DNA of 60,436 bases, filler included, from Sphacelaria rigidula (GCA_964200075.2; 7 parts of 7 records of this genome joined end to end with filler, not necessarily neighbours in it); one strand, 5' to 3'. Positions 37,033-50,200 are shown, counted from the first letter of the whole stretch. Notes: a model not told the origin generated them from the sequence alone. A program made the numbers and translations.

Positions 37033-37389
37033 GCTGCTGCTGCTGCTGCGCCAAGCGCTGAGAGGCATAAGCGGCGGCCGCGGCCGCGGCCCCACCGCCC
37101 ACTACCCCACCAGACGCCTGCGACACCCCGGCCCCATACCCCGCCTGGAGCGACGAGTAAGGGCTATGTGAATCCGCTCGCCGGCCGTACAGCGCCTCAG
37201 CAGGTGGAGATTGGGACGGATAGGATGGCTGCGCGGGCGAGGCGGCGTGGTAGGCAGCATGCTGCGGCTGCTGAGGCTGCGGTTGCCGCGGCTGCGGTTG
37301 CGATGGTGCTGGCTGCGTGCGGTATGGGCTATATACTCCCGCGCTTGGTTTCGACTGAGGCGACCACATTGACTGGTCGGGCTGCCCGC
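36176..37389 (-). CDS. Large host-gene exon encoding a Gln/Ala/Pro/Gly-rich low-complexity (polyQ) region
   Basis: Pyrimidine-rich intron end ...CTCTTCACAAAAAAACAG| followed by about 400 open codons with mixed CAG/CAA polyQ tracts and SP/Y motifs. The 3' boundary (stop at 36176 or an earlier donor) is uncertain. Confidence 0.75.
36560..37050. repeat. (CTG/CAG)n microsatellite tracts
   Basis: Several runs of CTG/TTG triplets, the longest at about 36968-37030. Confidence 0.95.
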
Positions 37390-37847
37390 CTGTTTTTTTG
37401 TGAAGAGAGGACGAGATTCGGGTGCAGGCAGCAGAGAGTAAAAGTGGAGAGTGCAGCGTCACTTGTACGCTATTACATAAGAGCAGCGTTAGCTGATGAA
37501 TTGCGCTGTGTGGGGGGACGTGCCAGTTTGAAGATTCAACGAGAGGGGCACATGGAACGGCGAAGACAAGGGGCAGAAAGGAGAAACGGCGCCCTCCGAC
37601 TAGCGCCCCACAGGCACGCCGTACCCCGGGAATCCAGGGCATGCAGCATGGGGGATAAATACACTTCAGATGCGCGTGATGGGGTACAAATACCAACACG
37701 AAGACAGGTGGCCCGAGGATGAAACTTTGAACAAGAAGGCGTTGCACGTATGAAAAACTCTGTACTCAGTGACACCAGTAACTTGCGAGAACTTATTTAT
37801 TCTGGGTGACAGATGGCAAATACAAAAATTGACTTGATTGGGGAGGG

Positions 37848-38125
37848 TGGACTGTGATCTTGCATGTTATAGTCACAAGATCCTTGACCTCGCATCCCTA
37901 CAAAGCCGGGACCGAGTACGCCGGGTTGTCGCCGGACCAGGCTCGCAATCAATCACCAAGCGCGAAGCGCCGTGATGTGTTCGGCTAGTCGCATGAAGGG
38001 TGGGCTGCATCCTGCTAAGATTGTTCGGCCCAAAGTGTACTGAGTATTTTGCATGTGGATGACAGCCTCCAATGAGTTCCTTCATTTTCTGGTATCGCCA
38101 CGCCGAGAGACAGCCACGACAGCCA
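37848..38125 (+). repeat. LTR-like repeat, same family as 30291-30580
   Basis: Shares GATCTTGCATG, TCACCAAGCGCGAAGCGCCGTGATGT and GATGACAGCCTCCAATGAGTT...CATTTTCTGGTAT. Preceded by GGGGAGGG. Confidence 0.75.
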
Positions 38126-38260
38126 CGCTTTGAGAAAAGTGCGCGAATACCTCAGCGGCCGCATAAGCTGTACGCCCCTGGAGATGATAAGGAGCACTCC
38201 GACCGCACGGTCGACGGGAATCCCTACGGGTTGCCACCGATCATCCCAGACATACGTATG

Positions 38261-40330
38261 GAACAGTTATGGGCGCGCCTGACCCCCCAAAATGGGCAAA
38301 AAAAGTGTCACCGACCAATATCACGAACAGAAACGAACAGACCGACTTCTGGGGCTTATCCAGGCTCGTGGGGTAAAGTGTAGCTGACGTCATCGGAAGA
38401 GAACGGCATGGATCAAAAATTAATATCGAAAAAAAAGTATACTGCATTCCAAAATCAGAACCCTACCGCTATTTCCGTTGTTGTTCCTCATATATTACAT
38501 GCCACTGGCTAGATTTTCGTCCGCGCTTGCGATACCCTGGCATGCAAGGAGGCTGGTTAGGTTGAACCAACCAAACGCACACCGAGAACACTCGGGCAAG
38601 AGCGGTACATATATTCCCTGAAGAAAGTGAGGCCTTGGTAGACCCCAAATCGGCGCCTGTGGCGCCGATTTTAACGAAAACGCGTTGTGCGTACCCGAGG
38701 AGCACACGGGACCGTCAGTCCAACTAAAATTCTGATTCTCGTTGTACACACTCAAGTCAAGTAGTATCAACCGTGAACAATTGTAGCCTAACGCCGGTAA
38801 CTGAAATCAGGAAGCTGAACCATTTTTTTTGGCCGAAATGACGTGCTCAACATGCGACAAAGCCATATGTACTGATGAACTTCAACGAGGACGGCCCTTA
38901 CACAGACGAGTGGAGTACAAATAGTCACCGGGTGTGTAGTGTGGGCTGGGCGGGTGCTGGTCCACCACCTCGTCATGTTTTTAGGAGCTTGATTTATCGG
39001 CAGCCATCATTCCGCAGCTTTTGTCGGATGAATGACTCGCCTTGTGCAAGGGTATTTATTGTTTGGTGGGCATGGCTTTTTGGTCATGAATATGAAATTA
39101 ATTAACCCTTCGACCGCGACGGTTGGTCACATGCTAAATCGGCATTATTTTTCACTGGAAAAAAGTATGCATGATCTAGATGGACTGCCCTCGCGGCCTA
39201 GACTCCAAAGATATTGTGTTGCAAGAGGGAATGAAGACAAACGGTCGTCCGTTACCCACCAGTGCCGATACAACAGATGCGTGCCTTAGGACGGGTGGGT
39301 TCACTAAAAGACACGAATGGGGCTTCGGTGCCATGTGGCTTCAGCGAAAGTGCGTCGACGACTTTATGCTGTCTTTTGTGTAGTCTTGACGCAGTATACT
39401 TTGCCATTCGGCAGGGTAAGTTGGTTCATTTCGATCTTAGCTCGGAAACCGAAAACCGGATCTTTCATGGGGGCTGTGCTCCTAGCGTGCTCCTCGCGTG
39501 CCCAGAACGCGTTCTTGTCTATATCGGTGCCTGGGGCGCCGATTGGAGTTCTGGCAACGCACCCTTCGCCCAGGCAACACGTTGCATCCCCCTTCCCCGA
39601 AGATTCTCGGTATGTCTTCGTTGTGGTTAGGGTTAGGGCCAGTGTTATAATTTGTTCTCTCCGCTGCTGCGAGGTCGCGAAGATGATTCTTGCTTCTGGG
39701 GGTTCGGTCGAAGGTTCAAATTCTACACCTGTCGAACACTTCACATATCCGATGTATCAACCATCTGCACTATCAAGAATCATTCATGGGTGTCATCTAT
39801 GCTGAGGCCTTTAGGCAGGTGTAAGGTTTCCGCATTTTGTGGAAACCGGCGAGGGTTGGAGGCGCGTGTTTGCGATCATAGCCAAATCTGTTTCAGAAAA
39901 AACTCATCGCCAAGACCATCAGTGAGGATGCGACTTTTTGCATCATCTGCGCCAAGACGACAGCTACACTTGGGCCAAATGATACTTCTTTATTTCATCA
40001 GGATGCGAGTTCTATGACGAATCAAGCAAAAAAAAACATGGGCTTTTCGCGATTTTCTCGATCACCGTAACGTCTTTGGTAAAACCATCCGGTCCGATTG
40101 TAGCTTGGACAAATACACGCCGGTGTGTAGCCGAGCAACACCGTCCTTCGTATTCCGGAACGAGAAAACTTCGAAACCGTGAAATGGAAACACTACTCGA
40201 ATTAAAATTACTTCGAGGGATTTTACGGCGTGCATAGTCAGGGGATGAACGAGATCTCCGGTCTGTTCGTGCTTTCGGTCGGTGACACTTGTTTGGCTAA
40301 TTTTGAGGGGTCAGGCGCCCATAATAGTTC
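38261..40330. mobile_element. About 2.07-kb segment bounded by 70-80-bp imperfect inverted repeats (putative DNA transposon derivative)
   Basis: 38261-38343 (GAACAGTTATGGGCGC...GTGTCACCGACC...CGAACAGACC) is the inverse of 40260-40330. No clear TSD and no intact transposase. Confidence 0.55.
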
Positions 40331-43141
40331 AACAACTCTCGGCGCCCATAATCATGCCGCACAAGGCGTCCTCATGATATATTCAATCAAAGTCCACCTC
40401 CCTGTCCCAGTGATGACGTTCACTGCCATAGATACTGCGATAAGTCTTGAAGGAGGACGGAGGAGGGGGGGGGGGGGGGTCTCCTAGTTCGCCTCAAGAT
40501 GATAACCTGTCGGACCGTGAAATGTAGGGTCGTTTGGCTGGGTCTTACAAAAGTTTTTTCTGCAATGTGCATGACGCCAATTCAACAGATGGTCACCCCC
40601 GGACATCGAAGAGTTGAGCAAGAGTTTGACAAAAAAGGAAAAACGAAATACGCAAGACGGAGCATGAACTCAACAATGAGCAACAACAACCAACCAAACA
40701 AGTTGCGCTCCATAAATCGGTCAAAACAAATCGAAGTCTGGTGTAGCAGCGCGGTAACACCACCATCGCAACACATCAGTTTTTGACGCACCGGCTGCCC
40801 CGCCGCCGTCGGCAATCCGTCCAACGGGATCACGACTTGTAGACCACTCGTCGTTCCCACTCCAACCTTCTGGGAACCGCGCCGGTCCGAGAACCACCAC
40901 CTCATTTCCTCGAGCGCGTGGTAACGTCAGCTTTCCGGTCTCCTGTTGCCGGGGCGGCACGGCGGCACCGGAAACGATCAACAAGTGACAGAAAACAGCA
41001 AGCACAAAAAAGAGATGGAGAGAGGAATAATCACCAAGCGCACACCCATTTACGCCGCCGCTTTGTTTGAGACGTCGCGGCGTGCTCAACAGTTAGACAT
41101 GCTAATGGGGGCAAAAAAAGTGAATGAGCTGTTTTAAGGAAATCCCAACGACCACAGACAACGATTCCCCTTTTTCCTTTTTTGTCCTGGGATGATCCGC
41201 CCAACTACATTTGCTTTTACAATCCGATCTCTTTACGGGTTGATCGCGCGCGCAGGCAACGCCCTCCCTGTCTGTTTACACCCTACATCCTGTTGCTGAC
41301 TATCCACACGCAGCCAATGGCGCGTGCCCTATCCTCCAGCTTTGAAAGCGCACACGCTAAACCTGAAAAAAACATATAATTTGAATATAATTTCCGGCTC
41401 ACTGATCTGACCGCGGGACGTGCCCTAAAATGAAGGCTGCAGTGCAATGCATTGGGGTTGTGCGCACCCAACGCAACAATCGGCGCTCGAATCGCACACG
41501 TAACCGTGGAGAACCGCCCCGATAAAACCTGTTCCTCGATGGAGTATGTCCTGAGCAATGCCCCGTCCCCAATAAATACAAGCAAAAAATCACAGCCAAA
41601 AGGGGCTACGGGAAAACAGCCCAGAGGGGCTACGGGGGAAACGTCGAGGGGCAGGTCTCAATCGGTCGCGGAGTAGCTCAAGTTCGGTGCGTGCGCGTGT
41701 GCAAATATGATACACCCGAACATTTTCTGTTGAGGACAGCTCCGCCGCTTCTGTGCACAGCCAAACAAGGAACCCCAGGTTAAGAGGATGGCGTGTACTG
41801 GAATAGACAACACCATGGTGACCGAATTGTGCTCTCCTCCTGTGGTGTTGATTGTATTGGTACTGCCATGTTCGCCGTACCTCCTCTGAACCCTCCGTCC
41901 TCTGCGACCTGAGCTTGTATGTCGTGAATACACGGACAGATGTAACTCACCCTCCATTCACCCCAGGGTCGGGCATATGTTGTATCGGTATACTTTTCAC
42001 CTGAAAAATGGATGCAAAACCCAGATGATCTAATCGGCGGTCGGAGAGTGCAACTCTAGACCCGGTTATTCTACGAAGAGGCGACCGTCTCAAGAGATTT
42101 TGACTTGAAAAATGAACACAAGACACCACCCTGGCGATCAAGCGTCACTTTCACGATAGTGGGAAGGAACAGTAACGCTCTCCCAAGAAGTAATCCGATA
42201 CTCGACGATACCCACAGAAGAAGGGAGGAATGCGGCGGGGGGCACAGAGAAGATAACATTGTTCTGTACTGATTGTACTGTGCTGTACAGTGCACTTCGG
42301 CTTCGTCTATTTACACAGGCAGCAGCCACCTCATGAGGGGTCAGTTGTGCTTGTATAGGCGTACTATTTACTTCAAAAATGAAAGCCCCCCGCAGCCCAA
42401 GGACTTTTTTTTGCAACTGGAGGTAGGAAGGGATGGCGGTGTCGGAGGGTTTCGTGCATCTTCATCCTTGGTGGGTGATACCCATCGACAAACGGAACGA
42501 ACGCAATGGGTGGGGGAGAAAAGCCAACACCGTCCTGTAATATAAAGCATTGCACTGCTGTCCTGTGCTGTGCAAGCATTGCACTGCTGTCCTGTGCTGC
42601 ATTTTTCATCTGCTCTGTCTCGACCCATCCAGGCGGGCACCCCCAAGGTGGGTCATCTGTGTTGCAATGTCACAGTTTAAAAATGAATGATGAACAGACC
42701 GTACGGGCGATGCAATGCAGCAGGGAGGTGTGTGTGTCATGAGTGCAGATGGCCTTCTGCTCTTATTTCCCAACCGACCGGGCGGCCCATTCGCTTCTTT
42801 GCCGTTCGACTGGGCAGATCATTACCATCTCATTGGCTTGTGCGATTTTCAGCAGAAAGATCCTATACACTATTCGAAGAAAAATCCTATATGTTTTCGC
42901 CTCGATTAGCATGTCCAACAGTAGCCGCCACCTTCATGTTTGACATAGTGTCCAATAGTTCGCGTTGGTCAGGCTTTGCATCGGGGTAGACAGACAGACG
43001 ATAGATGCAGGGACAACACGAACAAAGACCACGCGTAACCTGTAAGAAGCCCATCGTGCGAAATGACACCCCCCCCCCCCCCCCCCCCCCCACCCCCCTC
43101 TTAGATCGTGTTGTGTGTGTGTTGGTGTGTGTGGTGTGAGG

Positions 43142-43241
43142 NNNNNNNNNNNNNNNNNNNNNNNNNNNNNNNNNNNNNNNNNNNNTTAATTAATTAANNN
43201 NNNNNNNNNNNNNNNNNNNNNNNNNNNNNNNNNNNNNNNNN
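43142..43241. other. Artificial contig linker
   Basis: N44-TTAATTAATTAA-N44. Confidence 0.98.
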
Positions 43242-43308
43242 CTTGCCGACACTGTAGGGATGCGAGGTCAATGGTCTTATGACTATGGCATGCATGATCA
43301 TGAGTACA
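43242..43308 (-). repeat. 5' part of the LTR-like repeat family (cut by contig end)
   Basis: Reverse complement TGTACTCATGATCATGCATGCCATAGTC...ATTGACCTCGCATCCCTACA matches the 30291 and 37848 copies. Confidence 0.7.
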
Positions 43309-43355
43309 CCCTGATTGCCAGACTCACAAACACCAAGCTCATCCTTTCACCACGC

Positions 43356-45550
43356 CTAGCTCCACCTCGATCCGCCCCGCCCTAGTACCAACCGTGCGCG
43401 AACTAATTTACGGTATTCCACGGCACATGGTGATGCCAACACTAGTCGCCCGGTCGCCCGCGACTCTCGTGGAGCGCCGCCCAATTGAGGTACACAGCGA
43501 ACTTGCGCCCCAAGTCCATCATGCGGAGAGTATGTGGGTACTCCTGTTGCCCCCAGCTCTCCTCCAGACCCACCACCCCAGCCAGCTGCCAACCTACGGA
43601 GCCCGTTTGGAAATAAACATAATAATCGACCATGTCAGTGTTGTACCCATCAGGCCCATCCCTTCGTCGATCCGACGCCTTATAACCCGGCGCCACATAA
43701 TAGCCACCACGCTCGTGTGCTGTTATGCGCCTCGATTAATGGATGTAATATTCCCTGTACTGCGTATTGTTCCCCTTCACCTGTACCGGTTCGCCCGTCC
43801 AGTATTTTAACATCACCTGCCGATCGTTCGGCTAAAGGTCGACGTCATGTATTCGTAGGATGGCCAGGGTGGTCAGTAAAATACACCTTGTCAGGATAAA
43901 GTACAGTAGTCTAGTGATATACCTGTTTGAGTTCCGGGTACAACGCGGGATGACTTTATACTGTGATAGTACTGACTGCACATACGTGAGTGCGCGTGTT
44001 TGGCATCTTGAGATCGGAGTCCCCTACAAGGCTCACTCTCCCTTTCTTCTTTCTTTTTCATGTAACGAAGCTTTATGCACATTTCACGGAATCCTGATCG
44101 GCAGTCAGTCGTGTCCACTGATCAACTGTCACAGTCGTGTCCACTGATCAACTATCGCAGTTGAGTTTGCACCCCATCCTCTCACGGGGGTCACGAAGCT
44201 GCAAATACCATGCTCCCACCCAGGAACATCCAGACCGCCCCAATGCTTACGGTATTGTACCGCCAGCTGCCCCCCGAGCCCCGGGGACAACCTGTGCTCC
44301 ACCAGTATTTCCGGCAATATCCAGTGTGCGCCCAACTCCATCGTGATGTCCTCCGTCGTCAAATGTAGAGGAGACGACAGTTCGGGATATTTATTCTTCG
44401 CGTACTGGCTAAGCCCTCAAGGAAAAAATGTCGGTTTGTCCGGCCCTTCGTAGGGATTGTAGCATCTCTTACACCTCGCCACTGACACCCTGGAGTTCAT
44501 GTTGACACCGGGCTCGTTTCGACGAACCTTCAGCAACAGCAAATGTTTACCGACCTGTTCGCCCTCCGTAGTTACCCCCGATCCCACGAATAAAGTTTCG
44601 TAAGGCACCGTCCAACTCTGAGCCAGCTTTTCTGACAGAGCCAAGGACGTTCGGGCTGTACTTGCCGCAACCTGCACCGCCTTACCCCCCGCGGCGATGG
44701 TGCTTTGACCGTCATAAACAAACACCCACTGGCCCGCCTCCAATTTGGGCCCTCGGTTGACCATTTCCTCAATTTCACGGATTTTGGCTTCGTGTTTTGC
44801 TTTGATAAACGGATCCCCCTGCCTCACCAGTTGGTAAGCTTTTACCTGCTTCCCTCTCATCAGCTGGAGGTCATCCAACTGGTCGGCCTTCAAAGCTTGG
44901 TGCCCCCGCGCCTCCCGACCTCCCAGACTGGTCATCGGCATTCGCGGGTACCGACCAATGCGTGCCTCGTTAGGAGACAATCCCTCCCCCTGCTGACGTT
45001 TCTGTTATGTGCTGAGATCGCACGCACCACAGACTCGTCCCAGTTATTTTGGTTGTCCAGCATCAAATAAGACAGCATTTTTTACATAGGGTATGATTCA
45101 ACCACTCCACCATCCCATTTTCGTCTGAGGATGATACGAGCTCGTGAACAGTTTTACAGCATCCATCCCTCCGTACAACGACCTACACACAGCTGAAGTG
45201 AACTCCTGGCCCCGATCCGGCAAGGGAAGGGTGCGGGCAACACCATCGTGGCACGTAATCACCCACTATGGTTGCAGTACAGCCGGTTATCGAGTGCTCT
45301 TCAGAGGTGATAGCGTAAGCTTCCGCGTGCATACTGAACAGATCCACCATGAGAAAAATATGCGTGTTACCTCTCTTCGTTTCAGGCAGAGGGCACAGAA
45401 AATCGGAAACTACAACTTGCCCTGGCCAACTAGGTAGTGGCAGCAAGACTACGGGCCACCGCATAGTATACTGATCAGATTTCTTGGCTTGATATGATAG
45501 GCAGCGTCGAATGCAGACTTTCACACTTTCCTTCATTCCTATTCACCAAT
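43356..45550 (-). mobile_element. Degenerate Ty3/Gypsy integrase-chromodomain fragment, same lineage as the 17420-25330 element
   Basis: IRRCLSYQAKK...RWP, FLMVDLFSMHAEAY, SPNEARIGRYPRMP, RVSVARCKRCYNP and LAVQYRKHWGGLDVPGWEH align with the contig-3 integrase and chromodomain. An unrelated insert lies at about 43750-44150. Confidence 0.9.
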
Positions 45551-45585
45551 TAGGAGAGAGAGTCATTTTGTCCCCCACACACATT

Positions 45586-45823
45586 GACACTTTCTGCCAT
45601 AGCCTCCCTCAAAAACCAGCCCAAAAATATCGCGAAGGAAATTGTCATACAGCGCCTGGCGTTTGGTATCAGACAGCATGAAGCGCCTCATATATATGGG
45701 CGATATTGACGAAAAGAAATCCAAGCGTGGGAATTTCCACCTGTTCATTGTGCTCGGATTTTTCATTTCGATTTACGTGCAGATTTTGCCTCCCCGAACC
45801 AGCCACTGGTAGGGGGTGGGGGG
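45586..45823. mobile_element. Second copy of the TIR element at 16547-16801, with its right end disrupted by the LINE
   Basis: TGACACTTTCTGCCATAGCCTCCCTCAAAAACCAGCCC... is colinear with the first copy up to the G-run of the right TIR. Confidence 0.75.
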
Positions 45824-45826
45824 AAG

Positions 45827-48800
45827 CGTACTCATTTGTTGTTTACCTCAGTCGTTCGACCATTGACCACGCATCCCTTTCGAGACGGAGCACCGTTCCT
45901 ACTCCTGATGGAGAAACCCCTAACATTCCGGTGCTCATTACGACTCTTCCATACATTACACAAAACCTGTTACATATCTTATCCCCGTGTCCTGTTTCGC
46001 CGTCTCTGGCCACCGTCTATCTCCTAGTATAGCCATTGTTTTCTCCCTACTGTCTGATGCATCAAATGGTTTGATGCTGCCTTCGTTCATGTCCCACATT
46101 TCCCCCTCTAGCACGTCCCGTTCCTCCTTGTATAGTTCACATTCTGCCACCATATGGCTTCTGCTCTCTATTGCTTGCCACAGAGTTGCCGCCGCGCCCC
46201 GGTGGTGTAATGGTCTGACTGTCGTTATTTGGGTGGAGAGAACGGGGGTTCGATTCCCGATGCGTTGTTTTCCACCGTGGAAAGCGTGAGAACATGAAAA
46301 AACAAAGTAGTCGACTGGATTTGTATGACGTGAGTTGACGCGGGGCGGGAGTGCTGACCCAATCCGCGAGACCAAAATGAAAAGCACGTACCGGGGGAGA
46401 GATGGGTTGATCCATTGAGACCACGGACTCATCCCGAGGAAGGGAAGGGGTTCAAAGTGTGAGGAAAAAATTTAAAAAGGCAATTCTGTCCATCTACGTC
46501 TTCCTCCTCTCGACCACTGGTATACCTGTTTCTTCTTTCCCGCAGGTCCAGGTTCCCCACCCGAGATCGTCGTTTCAGATGTTTCGCAGCGTCCATTGGG
46601 CCATGCAGATATGATTTCATCCCCATTCCCTCCCTGAACCCCCCGTATATCTCCAGGTATCCTTCCTTGTCCACTCTGCGTCTGAGCACTCCTTGTCCCT
46701 TTATTTCTATCATGTGTCTTACTCTTGTCTTGTACCCCGTGCCTTCATCTATGGACAGTATTTCGTCATGGTTTCCTCCTATCTCTTTCCATACTTTCTC
46801 GACTTCTCTTTCCCACGTCATAGCATGCCCTTTCGTACTTTTCTTCCATACGGCCTCATCAACTATAGCTGGCAGTCTCTTTCTCCGCATGTCCTTTATA
46901 CGCTATATTGCCATCGCAATTTCCTCATGTATTCGTTTTTTTGACCGATACATTCCCAACTCTGCTCTCAAAACTGTATTACTCGTCGTTTTCGAGCATC
47001 CAACTATCTTCTCCACCAACTTCACGTCCCCCATCCCATACTTCTCCTGCATATTCCAGCTTTGGTACGATCACGTTCATCAGGATACATCTCTCAATCC
47101 TAGTGTCTAGGTGCGAGTCTCTGAGGATCACGCCCATCCTGCCTATCTGTGCTTTACCCTTTTCTACTACTTTGTTTATGTGTGCATCCGAAGAACAGTT
47201 TTTTTAGATACCTACGCCAAGGTTTTTATTGATCTACGATCGGTAGTTCCTCTTCTCCCCACTGCCATTGACATTTTTACCAGATTTTTCTCATCTTCGT
47301 TACGCATTGTTAACGCTCGCTGTCACTCTCCATTCCCTGGTGTATTCTAGCGTCTTGCCTATCTGTGTCTGTAATCCTTCTGGTGTTCCTGAAATCCCCA
47401 CATGATCTCTGCGAACATCAATCCTGATACCATATCTTCACCCATGCACCTTGACCCCTTGCTTTCCTGCTTCTATTACTAGTATCAAGTCATCAATGAA
47501 TACCTTGAATAAAGTGGGTGATAATGTACATCCTGGTGCACTCCTCGTGAAATTGAAAAGTATTTCGAAATTTTCCTGTTTAGCATCAAGACACTTTTGG
47601 CACATTCTGTCATCTTCTTCACCATTCTCCACATGTCTTCTCTGATCTCAGATTCCCACAACTTCTTCCACAACCCACTTCTCCATGCTGTGTCACAAGC
47701 CTTTTGCATGTCCAGAAAGAAATAGTACGTTCTCAGCCCGGCGTCTTTCCTACCCCGAATAATCTCACCTAATGTGTACACATGGCCTACGCAACTACGG
47801 TTTGGTCTGAAGCCTGGTTGTCCCTCGCTGGTTTTGTCTTCCTTTTCTAGCACCGTTCCTACTCTATCATTCAGAATCTCACAGAACGTTTTCCCTACCG
47901 TGCTTAGCAGTGTTATTCTCCTATAGTTTCCTGGGTCAGCCTTGTCTCCCTTTGTGCAAAGGTTGACGACTACTCCTTCTCTCCACCCCTTGGGTGTGTA
48001 CTCGGTTTCCCACATCGAGTTATACAGCATGATCATCATGGTAATGATTCCCTCTCTCCCCAACTTTGGGAATTCATTCACTAATTCGTCTGCCCCTGCT
48101 GCCCTTCGGTTCTTGAGGTTAGCTGCCCACTGCTTCACTTCATCCCTAGCAAACTCTCGCTGCAGTTCTTTCGAGCCTCAATCCTCCCGCTTCTACGTCT
48201 CTACATTTACCGCTGCCCACGCGTTGATTTCTTTTCTGAAGTCCGTGTCAAAATCTGTGATTGTTTTTGGTGTTCCTAGTTTCCGGTAGCGTTGTCGTCC
48301 CATCTATTCTGGACGCTGGTCAACACCTTTCGGTATATGTGGGCGTACCAGCCGGGGTCACACAGGTAGTGCTCGACTAGCACTCACTTCTCTCTTTTCC
48401 TGCCAACTACTGACCATTTTACCATCCTGTGCCCGTAGAGTAGCTATCCCCCTGCCAATCGTTCCTGCCGGGTTTCCCATGACCCCTTTCATCCCTACCC
48501 ACATCCGTTTCATCCCGCCATCGAAATCTTGACTTGTTTTTTTCACTACATCTGCCCTTCTATTTCTTCTGCACCATATTTTTTACTTCCTTTCGAGCTT
48601 TAGTATACTCCTCTCATGCTGCCGTAGTTTTTCTCGATATCCATCTCGCGTAGGCATCTCTCCTTACTGTTACAGTCTATTTTACTCCCTCATCCCATCA
48701 CTTCACTGCTCTGCCGCATATGATCGTTTCCTCCCTATGACTTTCTTCACTGTGTCCTTGACTATCTGCTCCCATCCTTCTATGATCTTCGCTCCTGCCC

Positions 48801-50200
48801 GATTTTTTCCATTTGGTATCAAGGGTTCCTTTACGTTCGAACAGTTCGGAATTTTTCACTGCATTCTTGGCTGTCTTTTCTTGCAACTCTTGCCGTTTTT
48901 CTTCCATATATATTTCATCGATTCTCCATTTGCACAATTGCCTACCCCGACTATTTCTTTTACTAGTAGCCCTCGTATGTTGGCTTTCTGTCCATATTAG
49001 GCAATGATCTGTGGTTCCCACGTCCTCCGCGCATACATGTACTTCCATTTCTTTACTATTTCCATGCTCGACCCCACCATACATATGTTTATGCTGGTCT
49101 CTCTCCATCGCTTTCACTTTTACTTTCCCTTACTTGATTGTTCTTACCGTTTCTGCGTTGATCTTTGTCTATTTACTTCAGGCCGCTATGTCCCCTCCCC
49201 TTCCCCTCCGAGGCACCTACCTGTTCCTGCCTCTCTCCCCCTCCGCTTACCCGTGGACTACGTCCTAAGGTTGTTGTTCCATCAGCTATGCATACTCCCC
49301 ATCCTACTCTTCTGACCCATGCCGATAACTTACTTGTCTCAATCCTTCCCCACTTCTTGCTCGCGCTCTCTTTCAGCGTGACTCGGGGGTGTTCTCCTTC
49401 TCTTTTTCGTTTTCCTTTTGCCAAACAGCATCATCCAGCTACATTGCATTTTATTTACACTACATTCTTGTCATATCGCAATGAACTCCGAATAATAGTA
49501 CTACTTGTACTTTACCCGTCCACTCTTTACTTCTCCATCCGCCCTTCCTTACAGTCTCTCTCTCGATCGCCTTCGACAGAATCTCCGGCGTGTAGCTTCC
49601 ACCTTAGTCATTCCAATTTTATTGGTGGGATATCTTCACCGTACTGGGACATCAAAATCCTGGTACTCGTTGGGGGTCTGGTGCCTTTCAGTTATTTTGC
49701 TGGCCCACCGACACTAAATAATGACTCCAACACAGGCTCGTAGCCTGAAGCCAAGTTCAACATATTTGACACATGTACCCTACATTCGCGCCAGGCGATC
49801 TACACGGTAAACTATCCAGGCGTCCCACGATCCTATCTTCTATTTTCTTGCCTCGCTGCTGTATTGGTTGCTTTCCTCCAGGGAGGTCATTTTCACCGTG
49901 TAAGGCTCAAAGACGACTTGCATAAAACAAGGTCTTACTCGCATCGGGATGCCCCATACATCACTTTTCCCACTCCCTCTACGGCTCACCATGGGTCGCT
50001 ACTCCACTAATGCTTCCGAGTAGACCTTCGCTGCCGAAAGCACGGCCAACGATTCTCCCACGCTTTGTGCCAGCTTCTATCCTTCAAGATCCAAGAAGTC
50101 TACGTACCGTTTGGTGCTCCTTCTCGCAGGTCATGTGGTCGGTCATCGGTAAGGTCTTTGTTTCATGAGTGCAGTAGGTCTTGGTACTTATGCCATGCGT
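45827..50200 (-). mobile_element. Degenerate non-LTR retrotransposon (LINE) with AP-endonuclease, RT and C-terminal CCHC region
   Basis: Endonuclease TDHCLIW (SDH motif). RT motifs LKNRRAAGADELVNE, GNYRRITLLSTVGK, QPGFR, FLDMQKACD and GCTLSPTLF. C-terminal C..ESRSHMVAEC. The 5' boundary is approximate. Confidence 0.9.
46186..46478 (+). mobile_element. tRNA-derived SINE inserted into the LINE CCHC region
   Basis: GCCCCGGTGGTGTAATGG (A box) ... GGGTTCGATTCCC (B box), a body of about 200 bp and an A-rich tail GGAAAAAATTTAAAAA. The LINE reading frame (GQNC | CG.AIESR) resumes on the other side. Confidence 0.75.

Noticed and set aside
36551..37722. Poly-Cys, poly-Leu and poly-Ala ORFs on the plus strand
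   Set aside because: These are shadow frames of the minus-strand CAG/CAA polyQ exon. The third-position variation fits Gln codons.
39625..39638. Telomeric TTAGGG repeats
   Set aside because: Only two units, internal to a repeat-rich segment.
42545..44152. Short tandem duplications (about 42545-42600 and 44106-44152; also 15199-15300 and 41592-41640)
   Set aside because: Each has two or three copies of 20-50 bp, which is ordinary replication slippage with no further structure.
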